Counted from the stretch's first letter, positions 19,425-28,817 are shown. The stretch: 64,000 nt of DNA from Chloroflexota bacterium (GCA_027623675.1 JAQBVF010000008.1:32001-96000); one strand, 5' to 3'. Made by a program: numbers and translations. Notes: generated from the letters alone by a model not told the origin.

Positions 19425-19463
19425 AAAAAAACACGGGAGCGAAACTTGGTCCGCTCCCGTGTT
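19425..19463 (-). terminator. Intrinsic terminator after the oxidoreductase beta-subunit gene
   Basis: aacacgggagcg/cgctcccgtgtt stem followed by a U-run on the minus strand. Confidence 0.75.
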
Positions 19464-19501
19464 CGGCGCCAATCTAGGTTTACAAGTTCAGTGGCCGACG
19501 G

Positions 19502-20389
19502 CTACATCATCCGGTCGATGATTTTCTGCGCCTCGCCCTTGTCCAGTCCCAGGGGCCGCATGGAAAGGGGTCCGCCGCCCTTGGCCAACACCGGTTCCAC
19601 TTCCTCCAACGAGGACCGGTTTCCCTCGAAGAACACACCGGTGTAGATGGTGTCACCGAACAGCATGGCCTTCTCACACGCAGTCTTCCAGTCGCTGGTG
19701 TCGTGTTGCTCGTCTTCCAGCTTCTTGACCCGCTCCTTGAAGAAGTCGTGGGTGTTGTTAAGGTTGAATGTCACGCAGGGGCTGAACACGTCGATTATGG
19801 AGAATCCCTTGTGCTTGATGCCCTGCTGAATCAGGCTTGAAAGATGCCGTACGTCGCCGCTGTAGGCGCGGGCCACGAACGTCGCGCCGTTCATGATCGC
19901 TGACGTTATCGGATTGATCGGCTGTTCCACGTTGCCAAACGGGGTGCTCTTGCTCGTCATCCCCAAACTGCTGGTGGGAGATATCTGGCCGGTGGTCAAC
20001 CCGTAGATCTGGTTGTTCATCACAACGTAGGTCAGGTCGGTGTTGCGCCGGGCGGTGTGGGTAAAGTGGTTCCCGCCGATGCCATACCCATCGCCGTCGC
20101 CGCCGGTAACCAGCACCGTCATCTCATGGTTGGCCATCTTGACGCCGGTGGCCATCGCCAGAGACCGGCCGTGGAGGGTATGCATTCCATAGGCGTTGAA
20201 GTATCCCGGCAGGTTGGATGAACAACCGATGCCGCTGACCGCCATAATCTCATGGGGGCGCATCCCAAGTTCCGCGACGGCCCGCTGGATCGCGTTAAGA
20301 ACTCCAAAGTCTCCGCAACCCGGGCACCAGTCTGGGTCAGTCTTGCCTTTGAAATCTCTTGGCGTAAGGTTTATCGCTGTGGTCGCCAT
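19502..20389 (-). CDS. korB: 2-oxoacid:ferredoxin oxidoreductase beta subunit
   Basis: WCPGCGD, SGIGCS, HTLHGR, GGDGD, YGLTTGQ, SPCVTF. Confidence 0.93.
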   Translation of the reverse strand: MATTAINLTPRDFKGKTDPDWCPGCGDFGVLNAIQRAVAELGMRPHEIMAVSGIGCSSNLPGYFNAYGMHTLHGRSLAMATGVKMANHEMTVLVTGGDGDGYGIGGNHFTHTARRNTDLTYVVMNNQIYGLTTGQISPTSSLGMTSKSTPFGNVEQPINPITSAIMNGATFVARAYSGDVRHLSSLIQQGIKHKGFSIIDVFSPCVTFNLNNTHDFFKERVKKLEDEQHDTSDWKTACEKAMLFGDTIYTGVFFEGNRSSLEEVEPVLAKGGGPLSMRPLGLDKGEAQKIIDRMM

Positions 20390-20480
20390 GTTGTCACCTC
20401 TCTGCGCGCCGGTTCCTATCTATGTCCGGGACGATGCCCCAGCTATAGGACGGCAAAACAGTTGATTCCTGATTGGTCTG

Positions 20481-22259
20481 CTAGACGGTGATCTCCTGGT
20501 AGGGAACGTATTTATTGGTCTCGCCCCCTATCTGGGCCTTCACCCCGTCCACGATATGGTGGGGCATGAAGGGTTCGCCGTCGTACTTGCGGATATGACC
20601 ATCCGCCGCGAACCCGGTCTCGCTCCGCAGATAGCGGGCGAACTGACCCGAGTAGTTATTCTCTACTATGATGGTCCGCTTGGCCTTGGACAATATCTCC
20701 AAGATCTGATCTGCGTGGAAAGGCACCATCCACTTGACCTGCAAGCGATTTGTGGAGACACCCGCCGCGTTCAGGGCGTCCGCCGCTTCGGATATTATTC
20801 CCGCCGTCGAACCCCAGCCAATCAACATGACGTCGGCGTCGGCCGGGCCCTCGAGAACCGGAGGGGCGATATCCGCCAAGATGTTGTCGAACTTCCTGGC
20901 CCGCTTCTCCACCATCGCCCGCCGCCGGTGGGGGTTGGTGAATTCGTCGCTGAGCAGGGTCGAGTCCTCGTCATGCTCGTCGGTGGCCACCAGGTGGACG
21001 TACCCTTCCAGGCCGGGCAAGGCCCTGGGGGAGATGCCGCTCTCGGTATCCTTGTAGCGAAGGAACCCATCGCCATCGGAAGGCTCAGTGATTAAGGCGC
21101 CCCGGTCTATCTTGGGGTGCATGTCAATCTTGTCCGGGTCCACGCTGAAACGCCCCTCCGAGATATAAAGATCGGAGACAACGATGGCCGGGCATTGGTA
21201 TTTATCGCTGAGGTTGAACACCTCGGGCATGGTGTTGAAGGCGTCCAGCGAGTCGGTAGGCGCGACGATTATTCGTTCAAAGTCGCCTTGGCTCGCGCCC
21301 AGGGCCTGCCACAGGTCACCCTGCTCAGTCTTGGTGGGGACGCCGGTGGACGGGCCGGCCCGCATCACGTTTATGAAAACAACCGGTATCTCCATCATGG
21401 ACGCCGCGCCGATGGCCTCGGTCATCAAAGCGAACCCACCGCCAGAGGTGGCGCACATCGACCGGGTCCCGGCCTGCCCGGCGCCGACAACCATGTTGGC
21501 GACACCGATCTCATCTTCGACCTGCCGGACCATGATGCCCAGGTTGCGGGCGTTGGAGGCCATCCAGTGCAGCACTCCCGAAGCCGGACTCATGGGGTAG
21601 GCGGCGTAGAACTTCACGCCGGCCGCCGCGCCGCCCATGGCCAAGGCATCGTTGCCCGACCACACAGCAAGCGGTTTGGCGCCAACGGGCGGCGCCTGCT
21701 CAAAGGCCGTGAAGTGTTCTTTCGCGTAATCGTATCCGGCCCTGGCGACGCTCACGTTCTCGTCAACCATCTCCTGGCCGCGGCGTTGGAACCGCAATGT
21801 CAGGCTTTCTTCCAAAACCTCGAACTCGATACCCATGAGATAGGCAGTAGCAGCCATCCCGACCGTGTTCTGGACCAGCCGGTTCCGGCTCTGGGTTAGC
21901 TCGGCAACGGGTAGGCCGCACAGGTCCGCGCCCATGTCGTCGGCCCCTGGGGTGATCGTGTCACTGTTATAGACGATCCGGGTCCCGGGTCCCATCAGGC
22001 GTTGGTGCCGGTCCATGGTGTTTTGGTTCAGGCACATCAGCAGGTCCAGCTTGTCGCCGTGATTACCGATCTCCGCGTCGCTGATCCTGATCGTTAGGAA
22101 TATGTGCCCGCCCCTGATTATCGACTGATAGGCGTTATAGGTGCACAGGTGCAGTCCCCGGCGCACGATGATCCGCGCCAATATGTCTCCGGGCGTGGCG
22201 ATTCCCTGTCCCGCCTCGCCGCCAATCGCAAGTGCGAAATCGTAAGTTCCCAACCCCAT
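20481..22259 (-). CDS. korA: 2-oxoacid:ferredoxin oxidoreductase alpha subunit
   Basis: GGEAGQG, YPMSP, EDEI, TSGGGF, RAGPSTG.PT. Confidence 0.93.
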   Translation of the reverse strand: MGLGTYDFALAIGGEAGQGIATPGDILARIIVRRGLHLCTYNAYQSIIRGGHIFLTIRISDAEIGNHGDKLDLLMCLNQNTMDRHQRLMGPGTRIVYNSDTITPGADDMGADLCGLPVAELTQSRNRLVQNTVGMAATAYLMGIEFEVLEESLTLRFQRRGQEMVDENVSVARAGYDYAKEHFTAFEQAPPVGAKPLAVWSGNDALAMGGAAAGVKFYAAYPMSPASGVLHWMASNARNLGIMVRQVEDEIGVANMVVGAGQAGTRSMCATSGGGFALMTEAIGAASMMEIPVVFINVMRAGPSTGVPTKTEQGDLWQALGASQGDFERIIVAPTDSLDAFNTMPEVFNLSDKYQCPAIVVSDLYISEGRFSVDPDKIDMHPKIDRGALITEPSDGDGFLRYKDTESGISPRALPGLEGYVHLVATDEHDEDSTLLSDEFTNPHRRRAMVEKRARKFDNILADIAPPVLEGPADADVMLIGWGSTAGIISEAADALNAAGVSTNRLQVKWMVPFHADQILEILSKAKRTIIVENNYSGQFARYLRSETGFAADGHIRKYDGEPFMPHHIVDGVKAQIGGETNKYVPYQEITV

Positions 22260-22507
22260 TTGGTCCGCTCCTTCCCTTACAGTGCCCCTTCGCAGGGTTC
22301 CTTTCGCGGGGTTCCTTCCGAAGAATCTCGTTTGAAAGTTTCCCTCGGAAGTCTACCGTTGACCTTGGATGGTGCACCCGGTCTATCTATTTAATCTCTT
22401 AATCGAGTCTACCGCCAGCCGAGTGAGTCATTTAACAGCCGTATGATCGTAGCCGACGATTGCATTAGTATCATCTGCACGGTACTACATCGAGACCGGC
22501 AACGAAA

Positions 22508-23908
22508 CTACATATGGATCGTTCTGCCTTGGGCGCTCAGCGCCGCCTCTTTAAGCATCTCAGATAATGAGGGGTGGGCATGGACCGCCCAGCCCAACTC
22601 CAAGACGGTTCCCTCCAGGATCCGGGTCATGGACAGTTCGCCCAGCAACTCGGTTACTTCAGGGCCAATCATGTGGCCGCCCAGTAGTTCTCCGTATCTG
22701 GCATCGACCACCAGTTTAACCAGGCCGCCGGACTCGCCCATGGCCAGGGCCTTGCCGTTGGCCTGGACGTTGAACGTCCCCACGTTGATTTCCTTGCCCT
22801 GCTCCCGCGCCTGGGCCTCGGTCAGACCAAAACTGGCGATCTGGGGTATGCAGTAGGTGGCGCGGGGAATGTAAGTATAGTCCAAGGGCTGAGTCTCCAG
22901 GCCGGCGATGGTCTCCACGGCCACCATCCCTTGAGCGGATGCCACATGGGCCAGGGGCATCTTGCCGTTCACATCGCCGATGGCATAGATGCCGCCGACG
23001 TTGGTCGCCATTTTCTCATCGACTGTGATGCCGGTCCGGTCGGTTGCGATGCCCACGGTCTCCAATCCCAGGTCTTCCACGTTCGGCTGGATACCGATAG
23101 CCACCAGCACCTTGCCGCACTCCAGTGTCTGCGCCGTGCCGTCTTTGTCCACGGTAACCGTCACGCCGTCTCCTGAGGTGTCCACCCCGGTCACGCCGGC
23201 GCCGGTTAAGAAGTTGATGCGGTGCCGTTTGAAGGCCCGCTCCAGTTGGGCGCTAACATCTTCGTCTTCGTTGGGGACCAACCGGGGCAGCATCTCGACG
23301 ATCGTGACTTCCACACCATACATCTTATAGATATAGGCAAATTCCACGCCAATGGCCCCGCCGCCGACGATGATGATGGAAGAGGGAAGGTCGCCGAGGA
23401 CGATGGATTCGCGGCTGGTGATGATCTTTTCGCCGTCGATGGGCAGAGGGGGTATGCTGCGGGGCCGGGCGCCGGTGGCGATGATGATGTTCTTGGCCTG
23501 AATCACACCGCCTTCTGTGTTGTCGCCGGTGGGCGCCACCTCCACCTTGCCGGCCCCAACGATCTTGCCGGCGCCCTGGATGTGGTCGACCTTGTTCTTG
23601 TTCAGTAGAAAGGCCACGCCTTTGGTGTTCCGGTCGACGACCTTGCGGCTGCGGTCGATGGCTACCGAATAATCGGCATGAAAGTTGTCCATCGACAGAC
23701 CAAATTCGTCGGCCCGCTTGAAGTACGACACCACCTCGGCGTTCTTAAGCAGGGACTTGCTCGGGATGCAGCCCCAGTTCAGGCATACACCGCCAAGGGC
23801 TTCTCGCTCGATGATGGCCGTTTTCAAGCCCAATTGGCCCGCCCGGATCGCGGCCACATAGCCGCCTGGGCCGGAGCCAATCACCACCAAGTCGTAGTCA
23901 GAATCCAT
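22508..23908 (-). CDS. lpdA: Dihydrolipoyl dehydrogenase (E3)
   Basis: GSGPGG, GGVCLNWGCIPSK, ATGA, AIGD, HAHPSLSE. Confidence 0.95.
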   Translation of the reverse strand: MDSDYDLVVIGSGPGGYVAAIRAGQLGLKTAIIEREALGGVCLNWGCIPSKSLLKNAEVVSYFKRADEFGLSMDNFHADYSVAIDRSRKVVDRNTKGVAFLLNKNKVDHIQGAGKIVGAGKVEVAPTGDNTEGGVIQAKNIIIATGARPRSIPPLPIDGEKIITSRESIVLGDLPSSIIIVGGGAIGVEFAYIYKMYGVEVTIVEMLPRLVPNEDEDVSAQLERAFKRHRINFLTGAGVTGVDTSGDGVTVTVDKDGTAQTLECGKVLVAIGIQPNVEDLGLETVGIATDRTGITVDEKMATNVGGIYAIGDVNGKMPLAHVASAQGMVAVETIAGLETQPLDYTYIPRATYCIPQIASFGLTEAQAREQGKEINVGTFNVQANGKALAMGESGGLVKLVVDARYGELLGGHMIGPEVTELLGELSMTRILEGTVLELGWAVHAHPSLSEMLKEAALSAQGRTIHM

Positions 23909-24186
23909 GTCCACCTGCGCTTCAAGTAGCCGAGGGCGGCCGAATCTTCGAGCGGCGCCGCTAACGATTCCACGGCAAGGCCCGATTTTTTACATAACTC
24001 AAGATTATAGTGTCGGCCCTTTATGTATACAATATATATCATGCCTCGCATTCGACGCCTAGGATACGACACCGCATTGCTACTCACACCAGGGACCGAT
24101 CACGGTCAGAGTCGCCGGTTGCAGGCGTGAATCGTACCCGCCTTTCATTGTGGCGGCAGACGGTATCTGCTACTATCTTAGTAGAA

Positions 24187-24220
24187 AGAACCCGCAGGCT
24201 TGGTTAATAGAACCCGCAGG
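24187..24220 (+). promoter_or_regulatory. 12-bp direct repeat (agaacccgcagg) with 22-bp period upstream of tatA
   Basis: Copies at 24187-24198 and 24209-24220. Confidence 0.4.
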
Positions 24221-24296
24221 GTGATTGACGAGACGCACCGGCCCGCCGGTAGGGCCACGCTGACGCCGTTGTCAGCCGCTATCAGGAGGAAGTGAC

Positions 24297-24503
24297 ATGA
24301 GAGTCGGACCCCTGGGAATACCTGAACTGATCGCCATCTTAGTCGTGATTCTCTTGGTCTTTGGCGCACGCCGTCTGCCCGAGATTGGCACCTCCTTGGG
24401 CAAGGGGATCCGCACCTTCAAAACTGCCCTCATGGGCGAGGACGAGGTGGAAGAAGCGGAAAAGAGAACCGTGGCCAGCGGAAAAGACGACAGCGCCGCC
24501 TAA
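24297..24503 (+). CDS. tatA: Twin-arginine translocase TatA
   Basis: GIPELIAILVVILLVFGARRLPEIG.SLGKGIR.FK; AGGAGG RBS. Confidence 0.93.
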   Translation: MRVGPLGIPELIAILVVILLVFGARRLPEIGTSLGKGIRTFKTALMGEDEVEEAEKRTVASGKDDSAA

Positions 24504-24525
24504 AACGCAACAGGAACCGAAAACC

Positions 24526-24564
24526 AAAAAGGACCGGTCATCTCTGCCAGACCGGTCCTTTTTT
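24526..24564. terminator. Bidirectional terminator between tatA and tatC
   Basis: aaaaaggaccggtc...gaccggtcctttttt. Confidence 0.85.
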
Positions 24565-24585
24565 ATTGCTCTCGTTCAGCCGGGG

Positions 24586-25338
24586 CTAAGTGGAGGTTAA
24601 CGCTTTGGACTTCCTGCGGTTTCGCCCGGCGAGGCGCGCCAGCAGTATCCCGACCTCGTAGAGCACCAGCAGCGGTCCCGCCACCAAGGCCTGGTTAACC
24701 GGGTCGACCGTCGGCGTGATGATGGCCGCCAATACGAACGCCACCACCACCCAGTACCGGCGGAACCGGGCCAGCGACCCGGCGGTTACGATGCCCAACT
24801 GGGCCAGCAGGAACATCACCAGCGGCGTCTCAAAGGCGAGTCCCATCCAGAACAGCAGCCGGATCATCAGGTTGATGATGTTACTGATCCGGATCAACGG
24901 CACGGCCACGTCGCCACCGAATGTGAGCAAGAAGTGGAGGGCCGGCGGCGTTAGTATGTAGTAGCCAAAGGCCACACCCCCGGCGAAGGCCCCGATCACG
25001 GCCGGCATGAACCCAAATAGCAGCCGTCTCTCGTGTCCGGTCAGGCCAGGCGACACAAACATCACGGCCTGGAACAGGATCACCGGCGAGGCCAACACCA
25101 AACCGCCCATCAGAGACACCTTGATGGCGGTGGTCAAAAGCTCCGTTACCTCGGTGTAGATCAACTCGCCGCCGGTGCCCACGTTCAGGTCCCGGGCCGG
25201 CCGCACCAGAATCTCGATGATCTCCTGGAAGAATACGAAGGCCACGGCGCTCCCGATCAGCACCGACAATACGCAGATGAGAACCCGCTTCCGCAGCTCA
25301 CCGATATGCTGCATGAAGGTCTGTTCGCCGGAGTTCAT
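24586..25338 (-). CDS. tatC: Twin-arginine translocase TatC
   Basis: HIGELRKR, PGL...ER, FETP, AAIITPTVDP, LYE. Confidence 0.95.
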   Translation of the reverse strand: MNSGEQTFMQHIGELRKRVLICVLSVLIGSAVAFVFFQEIIEILVRPARDLNVGTGGELIYTEVTELLTTAIKVSLMGGLVLASPVILFQAVMFVSPGLTGHERRLLFGFMPAVIGAFAGGVAFGYYILTPPALHFLLTFGGDVAVPLIRISNIINLMIRLLFWMGLAFETPLVMFLLAQLGIVTAGSLARFRRYWVVVAFVLAAIITPTVDPVNQALVAGPLLVLYEVGILLARLAGRNRRKSKALTST

Positions 25339-25694
25339 CCCTTGCTGCTTACCCCGCCGCCGTCGTCAGATTCGCCTTCCGCCGGGCCTGCGGTGGCGGG
25401 TCCGTCTGCTCCCCCGTCTACTTTCCCGTCCTCGTTTTCCGGTGGAAGTTCCGCCCGCACGGGCACGCCCGGGGCTGCCTCAGACGAAGGTTGGCTTCCG
25501 GGCCGGGCCAAGTTCTTCTGTTCCATGGCCTCAAGGGACACGGCGCTGGTCACATCGTTGAATTGACGGCGCAGGTCGCCCAGGACCTTCCCAACGTTTC
25601 GGGCCATTTCGATGGATTTTCCGGGGCCCAGCACCAGGAACGCCACCAGCAGGATCACGCCCAACTCGGGGATGCCCATTCCCATGAAGTTCAT
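25335..25694 (-). CDS. tatB: Twin-arginine translocase TatB
   Basis: MGIPELGVILLVAFLVLGP; directly upstream of tatC with ATGA overlap. Confidence 0.85.
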   Translation of the reverse strand: MNFMGMGIPELGVILLVAFLVLGPGKSIEMARNVGKVLGDLRRQFNDVTSAVSLEAMEQKNLARPGSQPSSEAAPGVPVRAELPPENEDGKVDGGADGPATAGPAEGESDDGGGVSSKG

Positions 25695-27631
25695 GGTGTG
25701 GCGCCTCCCGGTTCGTCATTGTTGATCTCGCAGTCCTCGCCGCAGATTATGTCGTCGGGCGCGGTCCAGCCCTCCGGCAGCGGGTGGCCCAACTCCCGCA
25801 GCATCTTCAACAACCGGCAGACGGGCAGTCCCACGATGTTGTTGTAGCAGCCCTGCCAGTCGGCAGCCGGCCGAAGCTCCGTGTCCTGCACGGCATAGGC
25901 CCCGGCTTTGTCTCGGGGCACGCCCGAGGCGATGGAAGCCTCGATCTCCTGATCGGTTATGTGGCGCAGCGTGATCTCGCTGGTCATGGCGGTGCTCAGG
26001 GTCCGGCCAGTTCCGGCATCAACCACGGTTAGTCCGGTGCTGACGTGGTGGGAGGTGCCGCTCAGTTGCCGCAGCATACTCCGGGCATCGTCGTCATCCA
26101 CCGGTTTGCCCACGGCCCGGCCCTCAAACACCACGGTGCTGTCGGCGCCGATAACCAGCCCCGAGGTCATGTCAGCAGCCACCGCCTGGGCCTTCTCACG
26201 CGAGAGGCGCTCGACCATCTCCTGGGGCGATTCGCCGGGTAGTTGGTCCTCGGCCAGGTCGGCCGGCTTGACGGTGAAGTCCAGACCCAACGTCTCCATC
26301 AGCTCGCGGCGGCGGGGCGATGCCGAAGCCAAGGTCAACCTGGCCGATGTGTGGCCGGCCGGATCCCCGGGATTGGACTCGCTCCTCGACAGCAGCGCCA
26401 CGCACTCGACGTGATGGGTCTGGGGGAACATGTCCAACGGCACGACCTCGTCCAGTTGATAGCCGCCATGGCACAGTATCTTCAAGTCGCGTCCCAGGGT
26501 TTCGGCATCGCAGGAGACGTAGGCCAACCGGGCCGGGGCCATCTCGACCAGGCTCTCCAGGGCGCTGGGCTGGCAGCCGGAACGGGGCGGGTCCAGCAGC
26601 ACAACGTCGGGTTTCTCGGGCAGGTGCCTCAGAACATCCTCGGTGCGGCCCAGAACGAAGTTCACGTTGGTCAGGCCGGCGGCGTTCTGTTTGGCGTCGG
26701 CCACCGCGGCCGACGATTCCTCCACGGCGATGACCCGCTTGACTGAATGCGCCAGCAGGATGGCAAAGGTGCCCACGCCGGTATAGGCGTCGAGCAGCAA
26801 ATCGTCCGGACCCAGATTCAGCCGCTCCCGGACGACATTGGCGGCGGCGGCAGCCTGGTCCACGTTCACCTGGAAGAATGACGGCGATGAAACCAGGAAG
26901 TCGCGGCCGTCCACCGACTCCGTATACCGCTTCTGGCCGGTCTTCGCCGTGATCTCGGGATGGACCAGGTACGGCTGGATCAGGTAGTCGCCCGAATACT
27001 TTCCGGCGCGGATGGAAAGCTGGGTGGTCTCGCCGCAGTGGTCCTGCAGGTCTGCCAATAGGGTATTCACGCCGTCGTGCATCAGCAGGCACCGGTCGAT
27101 GCGAACGAACCGGCGGGTCTCCCGGTTGATGAAGCCCAAAACGCCGTCGCCATCACCGTCCCACCGGGCCTTACGGCCACGTCCAGTTTTGCCGGTATCA
27201 ACGCTGCTCCCGATGGTGAAGCGGGCATGGTTTCGGTAGCCGTATTGGTCCGGGGAAGGTATTACCTCAGACACGGGAGGGTTTTCCAGACCGCCGACGC
27301 GCCGCAGGGCGTCGATCACTTTCTCGCGCTTGGTCTTCAATTGAGCGCCGTAGGAGAGGTGCTGCCATTGGCACCCGGTGCAATCGCCAACATAGGGACA
27401 GGGAGGCTCCACCCGGTCTGGCGACGCCTCCAGAACTTCAACCACCTTGGCTGAAACGTACTTGCGGTGTACCTTGACGACCTCGGCCACAACCCGCTCG
27501 CCGGGAATGCCGCCGGCGACGAACACGTCATGTCCGTCAAAATCGGCCATAGCTTCGCCCAAACGTCCCCAAGACGTTAGCGAAAGGGTGACCCGGTCCC
27601 CTTGTTGCGTGATGCGTTCGGCAATCTCCAT
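25691..27631 (-). CDS. rlmD: Fusion protein: RNA m5U methyltransferase (RlmD/TrmA family) + Maf nucleoside triphosphate pyrophosphatase
   Basis: TRAM-like N-terminus, CPYVGDCTGCQWQH, FFQVN, DPPRSG, YVSC, DMFPQTHHVE; then LASASPRR, GAD, GKP, DKAGAYAVQ, NIVGLP in the same frame. Confidence 0.9.
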   Translation of the reverse strand: MEIAERITQQGDRVTLSLTSWGRLGEAMADFDGHDVFVAGGIPGERVVAEVVKVHRKYVSAKVVEVLEASPDRVEPPCPYVGDCTGCQWQHLSYGAQLKTKREKVIDALRRVGGLENPPVSEVIPSPDQYGYRNHARFTIGSSVDTGKTGRGRKARWDGDGDGVLGFINRETRRFVRIDRCLLMHDGVNTLLADLQDHCGETTQLSIRAGKYSGDYLIQPYLVHPEITAKTGQKRYTESVDGRDFLVSSPSFFQVNVDQAAAAANVVRERLNLGPDDLLLDAYTGVGTFAILLAHSVKRVIAVEESSAAVADAKQNAAGLTNVNFVLGRTEDVLRHLPEKPDVVLLDPPRSGCQPSALESLVEMAPARLAYVSCDAETLGRDLKILCHGGYQLDEVVPLDMFPQTHHVECVALLSRSESNPGDPAGHTSARLTLASASPRRRELMETLGLDFTVKPADLAEDQLPGESPQEMVERLSREKAQAVAADMTSGLVIGADSTVVFEGRAVGKPVDDDDARSMLRQLSGTSHHVSTGLTVVDAGTGRTLSTAMTSEITLRHITDQEIEASIASGVPRDKAGAYAVQDTELRPAADWQGCYNNIVGLPVCRLLKMLRELGHPLPEGWTAPDDIICGEDCEINNDEPGGATP

Positions 27632-27658
27632 AGGCTCGCACCTACTATAATTCAAGCA

Positions 27659-27794
27659 GGGTGATAAACCAAGGAGTCCAAGCGATCCCGCAGGCACGAT
27701 ACGCACCTGCCGCAGTGGGAATCTTCAGGAATCTTCCGGGGCGCCCCACTCGCCCTAATGGGGACTCACGCCGGTTGACCTTGGTGTATGCGCC
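27659..27794 (-). ncRNA. Candidate structured ncRNA, 6S RNA-like
   Basis: Long closing stem (accaagg/ccttggt), central bubble with hairpin gcaggtgcg-tat-cgtgcctgc, inner stem agtggg/cccact; G-U pairs favour the minus strand. Confidence 0.4.
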
Positions 27795-27981
27795 GATTAA
27801 ACTGAGGCGGATGCAGGCCGAATCCCAGGTTCTGTCAGTAGACGGTTTCAAACTAGGGTTTCGATCCCAGGTTCACCGGACCCAGGACCAACTGGCCCAG
27901 GCTCAGATGAACCCCCAACCAGCTAACCGCATCTAAGATATTGCGCGGTAAAAAAGCGTAAGAGATTCCGGAGGATGGAAC

Positions 27982-28311
27982 ATGGCAGAGCCTATCGAAG
28001 TAAATGACGACACTTGGCAAAAACTGGTATTGGAATCGGACACACCGGTAATGGTGGACTTTTGGGCCGAATGGTGTGGACCGTGCAAGATGATCGCCCC
28101 CGCCGTGCACGACATGGCCGTGGACTATGAAGGTCAGTTGAAGGTGGCCAAGCTGGACGTGGACAGCAGTCCCAACGTTGCCATGCAGTACGGCGTGCGC
28201 AGCATCCCGGCCTTGATCTTCTTCAAAGGCGGCCAGCCCGTCGACCAGATCATCGGCGCGGTGCCCAAGGGCGCGCTGAAGAAGAAGGTCGACTCCGTCC
28301 TAGCCAGCTAA
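27982..28311 (+). CDS. trxA: Thioredoxin
   Basis: DFWAEWCGPCK, SIP; GGAGG RBS. Confidence 0.96.
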   Translation: MAEPIEVNDDTWQKLVLESDTPVMVDFWAEWCGPCKMIAPAVHDMAVDYEGQLKVAKLDVDSSPNVAMQYGVRSIPALIFFKGGQPVDQIIGAVPKGALKKKVDSVLAS

Positions 28312-28569
28312 ACCCCTCTGGTCTGCTGGCGGCTAGCGTTCATTGACGCTGGCCATGGGGACCGGCCCTGGCCGCTGGCCCAGGCAGGTTTTTGGGTTAG
28401 TTCCCAGGGGCCGATTTCCCGGTCAGTTGCCAGTGGGGTTTCCCGGAAAGCCGCCAGAAAAGTTAGCGACAAGTTGACAGGAACCAACCAGGCGCCGCCG
28501 CCCGGCGGCGCCTTTGATATTCTCCCGTGATATCTCCCCGGCGCCGGCAACGGTCAGACCGGCCAACTC

Positions 28570-28666
28570 GGGAGTGGATGGGGCCCGGTGGCCCCTGCGG
28601 ACTTCAAATCCGTTATGCCTCGTGACGAGCGGGGTAGGTGGGTTCGACTCCCTCGCACTCCCGCCA
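28570..28666 (+). tRNA. selC: tRNA-Sec (anticodon UCA)
   Basis: 6-bp D-stem GGGGCC-CGGT-GGCCCC, anticodon loop CTTCAAA, long variable arm, TTCGACT T-loop, GCCA end; 97 nt. Confidence 0.93.
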
Positions 28667-28694
28667 GCGTTTTTGGGCACGGATAAGTGGTTCA

Positions 28695-28734
28695 CAAAAG
28701 ACTCCGGCTCTGGTGACAGGCCCGGGGTCTTTTG
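28695..28734. terminator. Terminator downstream of selC
   Basis: caaaagactccgg...ccggggtcttttg. Confidence 0.7.
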
Positions 28735-28817
28735 AATTTGGCCTAAATGTCGCTGGATTGTCCACAACCCTCTCTCTGGGACCAATTTCTCGGGCATGAA
28801 AAGACCCACCGGTCTGA

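Noticed and set aside
27712..27737. 16S rRNA-like word gcagtgggaatcttc
   Set aside because: Only a short match with no flanking rRNA similarity.
27802..27935. SAH-riboswitch-like words (ctgag...ccaggctcag...gcatct) upstream of trxA
   Set aside because: The core GAGCGYUGC/AACGGCGCUC consensus is not matched, cccagg is locally repeated so chance matches are likely, and trxA is not a typical target; a cmscan would settle it.
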